Sequence record: OL539444.1
Direction: 5' to 3' (one strand)
Source: Escherichia phage_vB_EcoD_Punny
DNA length: 49,765 nucleotides
The notes below the pieces were generated by a model. That model did not search any database. It had not been told where the DNA came from and worked only from the letters and a program-made list of their open reading frames with translations. Both the position numbers and the translations under genes were made by a program. The stretch's first letter is position 1, and every line of letters starts with the position of its first letter. Below, one piece after another: positions 47,201-49,765 of the stretch.

Positions 47201-47698
47201 ATGAAAGCTAAAAATGATTTTTATAACTACCTGACAAAAGGCCGTGACTATACCGTTTTGAATAGCATAGATACTCTTTACCTGGTTGTTGCTGATAATG
47301 GCGTTAGAGTTTGGCTTGATAAAACTCTTTTCGAAAGCGAGCACCTAAGCAACGCAAAGCGGATCGCAGATGAAGCAAGCGCATTAGCAGAGCGTGAACG
47401 AATTCGCGATATAGTAGCGGAGCAGGTTAGAAATTCATGTTCGCCTGGTGGCGATATCTTCAAATCAATGCGCGGTGAAATGACGGTTGGAATTCAAGAT
47501 CGCGTAATTTCAAAGTCAGTTGATTCTGTAATTGAGAATGCGCGATTCAATGCGTTGATTAACTCAGAGCATAACGAATACGTCAAAGCATTAGAGCAAC
47601 TGCGTGAAGTGCTGCGAGTGCCGGAAGGTGAAAATATTGTGACTCATGCAAAGGTTGTAAGAGCGTTGGCTGATGCGCTGATTGGTCTGCAAAAATAG
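47201..47698 (+). CDS. hypothetical protein
   Basis: 165 aa ORF with AAGGAGAA RBS; stop is the TAG in the next motif. Confidence 0.5.
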   Translation: MKAKNDFYNYLTKGRDYTVLNSIDTLYLVVADNGVRVWLDKTLFESEHLSNAKRIADEASALAERERIRDIVAEQVRNSCSPGGDIFKSMRGEMTVGIQDRVISKSVDSVIENARFNALINSEHNEYVKALEQLREVLRVPEGENIVTHAKVVRALADALIGLQK

Positions 47699-47738
47699 CA
47701 CTTTTTGTTAAAACTTCCGCGAGGGCATTTGTTAAAGT
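47695..47738 (+). promoter_or_regulatory. dyad-motif promoter unit P12
   Basis: ATAGCACTTTTTGTTAAAAC, 18-nt gap, TGtTAAAGT in the loop of GAGGGCA/TGTCCTC. Confidence 0.55.
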
Positions 47739-47772
47739 GTCCTCATTGAAGCGAAACACGGAGATTTAGGAA

Positions 47773-47982
47773 ATGGCTGTATACACTGGCAAAATGTTTG
47801 AAAGCGAAAACCCGATTTACGGCGGCACTTATGAGCTAATCATTGATGAAGATCGTGTAATCCTGGCTGACGACGATAACCAGGAATATTACGAAGTAGA
47901 AGCCGATAAATGGGATAACGATGTTATGTTTCTTGTTGATAATAGCCACATCAAGTTTTATGCAGTGGAGGAAGAAGAATGA
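47773..47982 (+). CDS. hypothetical protein
   Basis: 69 aa acidic ORF. Confidence 0.45.
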   Translation: MAVYTGKMFESENPIYGGTYELIIDEDRVILADDDNQEYYEVEADKWDNDVMFLVDNSHIKFYAVEEEE

Positions 47983-48230
47983 TCACAATCAACCTATCAG
48001 AAGAACAAGCGAAATCATTGTTGCGCGGCCTGGGCTGGCGAATGGGTAGCGGTAGCGAGGCGGTTGTAAACATCAAAGAGGAAGTAGCAAAAGAGCTTTT
48101 TGCACAGCTTGAGCATAAACTGATGCCAGCATCAACAAGCGCGGCGGAGTTGGCAGTATGGCGGCATGAAAACGGCCTTAATGAAATGGACGTTGAGAAG
48201 TGGAAACGTAAAAAACGGAAAAGCTGTTGA
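47979..48230 (+). CDS. hypothetical protein
   Basis: 83 aa ORF. Confidence 0.4.
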   Translation: MITINLSEEQAKSLLRGLGWRMGSGSEAVVNIKEEVAKELFAQLEHKLMPASTSAAELAVWRHENGLNEMDVEKWKRKKRKSC

Positions 48231-48281
48231 TAAGGTTGGTTTTGTTGGTCGCTGTATTATGGTTAACGTGGAGAAGTTCAG

Positions 48282-48608
48282 ATGATTTATGTTCACAGTT
48301 ACGGCGTTGGCAAGTTTGGCAGCAAGCAGATCAGAAACATTCACGACACGTTAGAAGAAGCGCAAGCACAGCAACGCGTTTTAGGTGGAGTTGTTCAGGC
48401 TTTCGAACCAGTGGAAGATCTGGAAATGCAAGAGGCCATAAAGGAAATCGTTGTTGATGAAGTTTCATGTATAATCGACGAATTGAGCACTGATGCGCCA
48501 GGGTTCGCAAGAACATTTGAACCAGGCTCAACGCAATGGGATTGCTGGAAGGTGAAAACCTTAAACAACATTCGAGCAATCTTGGATGGAAAATTTAACG
48601 AAAATTGA
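48282..48608 (+). CDS. hypothetical protein
   Basis: 108 aa ORF followed by a terminator. Confidence 0.45.
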   Translation: MIYVHSYGVGKFGSKQIRNIHDTLEEAQAQQRVLGGVVQAFEPVEDLEMQEAIKEIVVDEVSCIIDELSTDAPGFARTFEPGSTQWDCWKVKTLNNIRAILDGKFNEN

Positions 48609-48619
48609 TAGCTCAAATA

Positions 48620-48653
48620 GCGCCTCAATCGCATTCTAAGAGGCGCATTTTTT
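48620..48653 (+). terminator. rho-independent terminator
   Basis: Stem GCGCCTC/GAGGCGC, 13-nt loop, then TTTTTT. Confidence 0.6.
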
Positions 48654-48667
48654 AGGAAGGTGATTCT

Positions 48668-48796
48668 ATGCCTGAATACATAAAACCGTCGCAGTGGTGC
48701 GCACAGAAGCAAGAAGAAGCATTAGAGCGCGGCGACACTGACACAGCATTGCACTACTTTGAAATGTTTCAACTTTGGAAATCAAGAGGACTTTAA
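48668..48796 (+). CDS. hypothetical small protein (42 aa)
   Basis: Plus-strand ORF after the terminator. Confidence 0.3.
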   Translation: MPEYIKPSQWCAQKQEEALERGDTDTALHYFEMFQLWKSRGL

Positions 48797-48797
48797 A

Positions 48798-49025
48798 ATG
48801 TTTGGACTTAATGAGGCTGAATACAACATTGTTAAACGCGCTGCAAAAGAGTGCATGAAGGATCTGAAAGTTGAAATTACGAGTGGCAACAAATACGATC
48901 ATATTGCGGCTGGCATTATCACCAAACATCACACGCCAATTTCTACCTTAATCACTCGCACAAAGTTTGTATGGCTTGCTGGTTATATAGCTGGTCGATG
49001 GGGTAAGCCTGGCGAGTACGAATAA
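48798..49025 (+). CDS. hypothetical protein
   Basis: 75 aa ORF starting MFGLNE, AAGAGGA RBS; the track start at 48759 is probably too long. Confidence 0.4.
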   Translation: MFGLNEAEYNIVKRAAKECMKDLKVEITSGNKYDHIAAGIITKHHTPISTLITRTKFVWLAGYIAGRWGKPGEYE

Positions 49026-49047
49026 TAAGCACTTGAATCAATGAAGG

Positions 49048-49076
49048 TTGACGGCGTGTTGTCTGATTGGTAGATT
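49048..49076 (+). promoter_or_regulatory. sigma70-like early promoter
   Basis: TTGACG, 17-bp spacer, TAGATT. Confidence 0.55.
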
Positions 49077-49207
49077 AAACGCCGTGAACATAAGAGGCTC
49101 AATAGAGCAAAGCGCGGCGTGTTAGCCGTAAAACTTAATCGGATTGGATCGCAAGGCGAATGACAATCGCGGGAACCGTAACCCGCAACCATTCAGGAGA
49201 ATTCACA

Positions 49208-49369
49208 ATGCAAAACAAAGAAATCGCAAAGGTAACAATCATCATTGAACGTGACGGCAAGAAAACGCGATACAAAAAGCGATTTAAACAAGGCGAGGCG
49301 GTATTAGGCCGGATCGGTGATTTCATGGTGAAATTGCAAGAGGATAAGCCGGATGGTATTCAAAGTTAA
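49208..49369 (+). CDS. hypothetical small protein (53 aa)
   Basis: AGGAGA RBS; preceded by a leader of about 125 nt. Confidence 0.4.
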   Translation: MQNKEIAKVTIIIERDGKKTRYKKRFKQGEAVLGRIGDFMVKLQEDKPDGIQS

Positions 49370-49535
49370 GTTAACTATCAGGCGCATGGGTCGTAATTGC
49401 GGATCATGCAAACAGGATTTCGAATGCGAGGTTGCAGCATTTGACGAACATCACGCCGTCAACCTTGCAAAGCGTTTATCTGGTGCTAACCCTGAAACAC
49501 ACCAATTTTCAATTAACTATGTGAGGGCTATATAA
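49353..49535 (+). CDS. hypothetical protein
   Basis: 60 aa ORF with a CGSC...CE motif. Confidence 0.35.
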   Translation: MVFKVKLTIRRMGRNCGSCKQDFECEVAAFDEHHAVNLAKRLSGANPETHQFSINYVRAI

Positions 49536-49765
49536 TGCTGATGTTCATTGCGGGTTTTGGTTTTTGTGCGATTATCTGTTTCTTTCTTTATCTTTGTGTT
49601 TCGTGGGGTGTGCAGCGTTGCGTAAAAGACAACGAATTAGTGATCGCCATTTACGAAAACAAAACTGATAAATGGAAGATTACTAAAAACTTTGAAAAGA
49701 TTGCTGATGAAATTGCATTTCGTCGCAAGTTTGGCAAGCCTGGAAGCATCAAGTATATTGATTGA
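49535..49765 (+). CDS. small membrane protein
   Basis: 76 aa with N-terminal transmembrane helix; the stop is the last codon of the window. Confidence 0.4.
   Translation: MLMFIAGFGFCAIICFFLYLCVSWGVQRCVKDNELVIAIYENKTDKWKITKNFEKIADEIAFRRKFGKPGSIKYID

Noticed and set aside
21585-47738. Repeated 20-bp motif considered as a CRISPR array or mobile-element terminal repeats
   Set aside because: Copies are hundreds to thousands of bp apart with irregular spacing, lie on both strands at gene boundaries, and have no cas genes or transposase nearby.
1-49765. Search for tRNA, rRNA, integrase or attachment site, transposase and toxin-antitoxin pairs
   Set aside because: No cloverleaf-like tRNA candidates, no integrase or recombinase-like ORF and no insertion-sequence-like inverted repeats were recognised; consistent with a virulent phage. 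This is by eye only, and a tRNA scan would be the decisive check.

Overview
The window reads as a complete or near-complete ~49.8 kb genome of a virulent T1-like (Drexlerviridae-type) enterobacterial siphovirus; this assignment is inferred from gene content and order, not from a database search. Plus strand 75-20069 is the late structural module: small and large terminase, portal, head morphogenesis, scaffold-like protein, a paralogous pair, major capsid, connector proteins, major tail protein, G/GT chaperones with a -1 frameshift, tape measure, and lambda-like M-L-K-I-J tail tip genes. It is followed by a recombination module (PD-(D/E)XK nuclease, Erf-like annealase, SSB), a minus-strand tail fibre, a replication block (primase, HTH protein, two-part helicase, VRR-NUC nuclease, Dam-like methyltransferase), a lysis cassette (holin, lysozyme, unimolecular spanin), a minus-strand accessory cluster 33893-40292 (P-loop NTPase, divergent C5-methyltransferase-like protein, Cys-rich small proteins) and a plus-strand array of about 30 small early genes (41019-49765). 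No tRNA, rRNA, CRISPR array, integrase or transposase was seen. The most striking signal not explained by the genes is a family of 18 near-identical expression units: a 20-bp dyad motif (A-TAGCA-N5-TG[C/T]TA-AAAC), a fixed 17-19 bp gap that is often an inverted repeat, a -10-like hexamer (often TGn-extended), a conserved AACGAAACG-type leader, a GGAG ribosome-binding site and the start codon. These punctuate the non-structural genes on both strands and look like a phage-specific promoter regulon. All coordinates were counted by hand and may be off by 1-2 nt.
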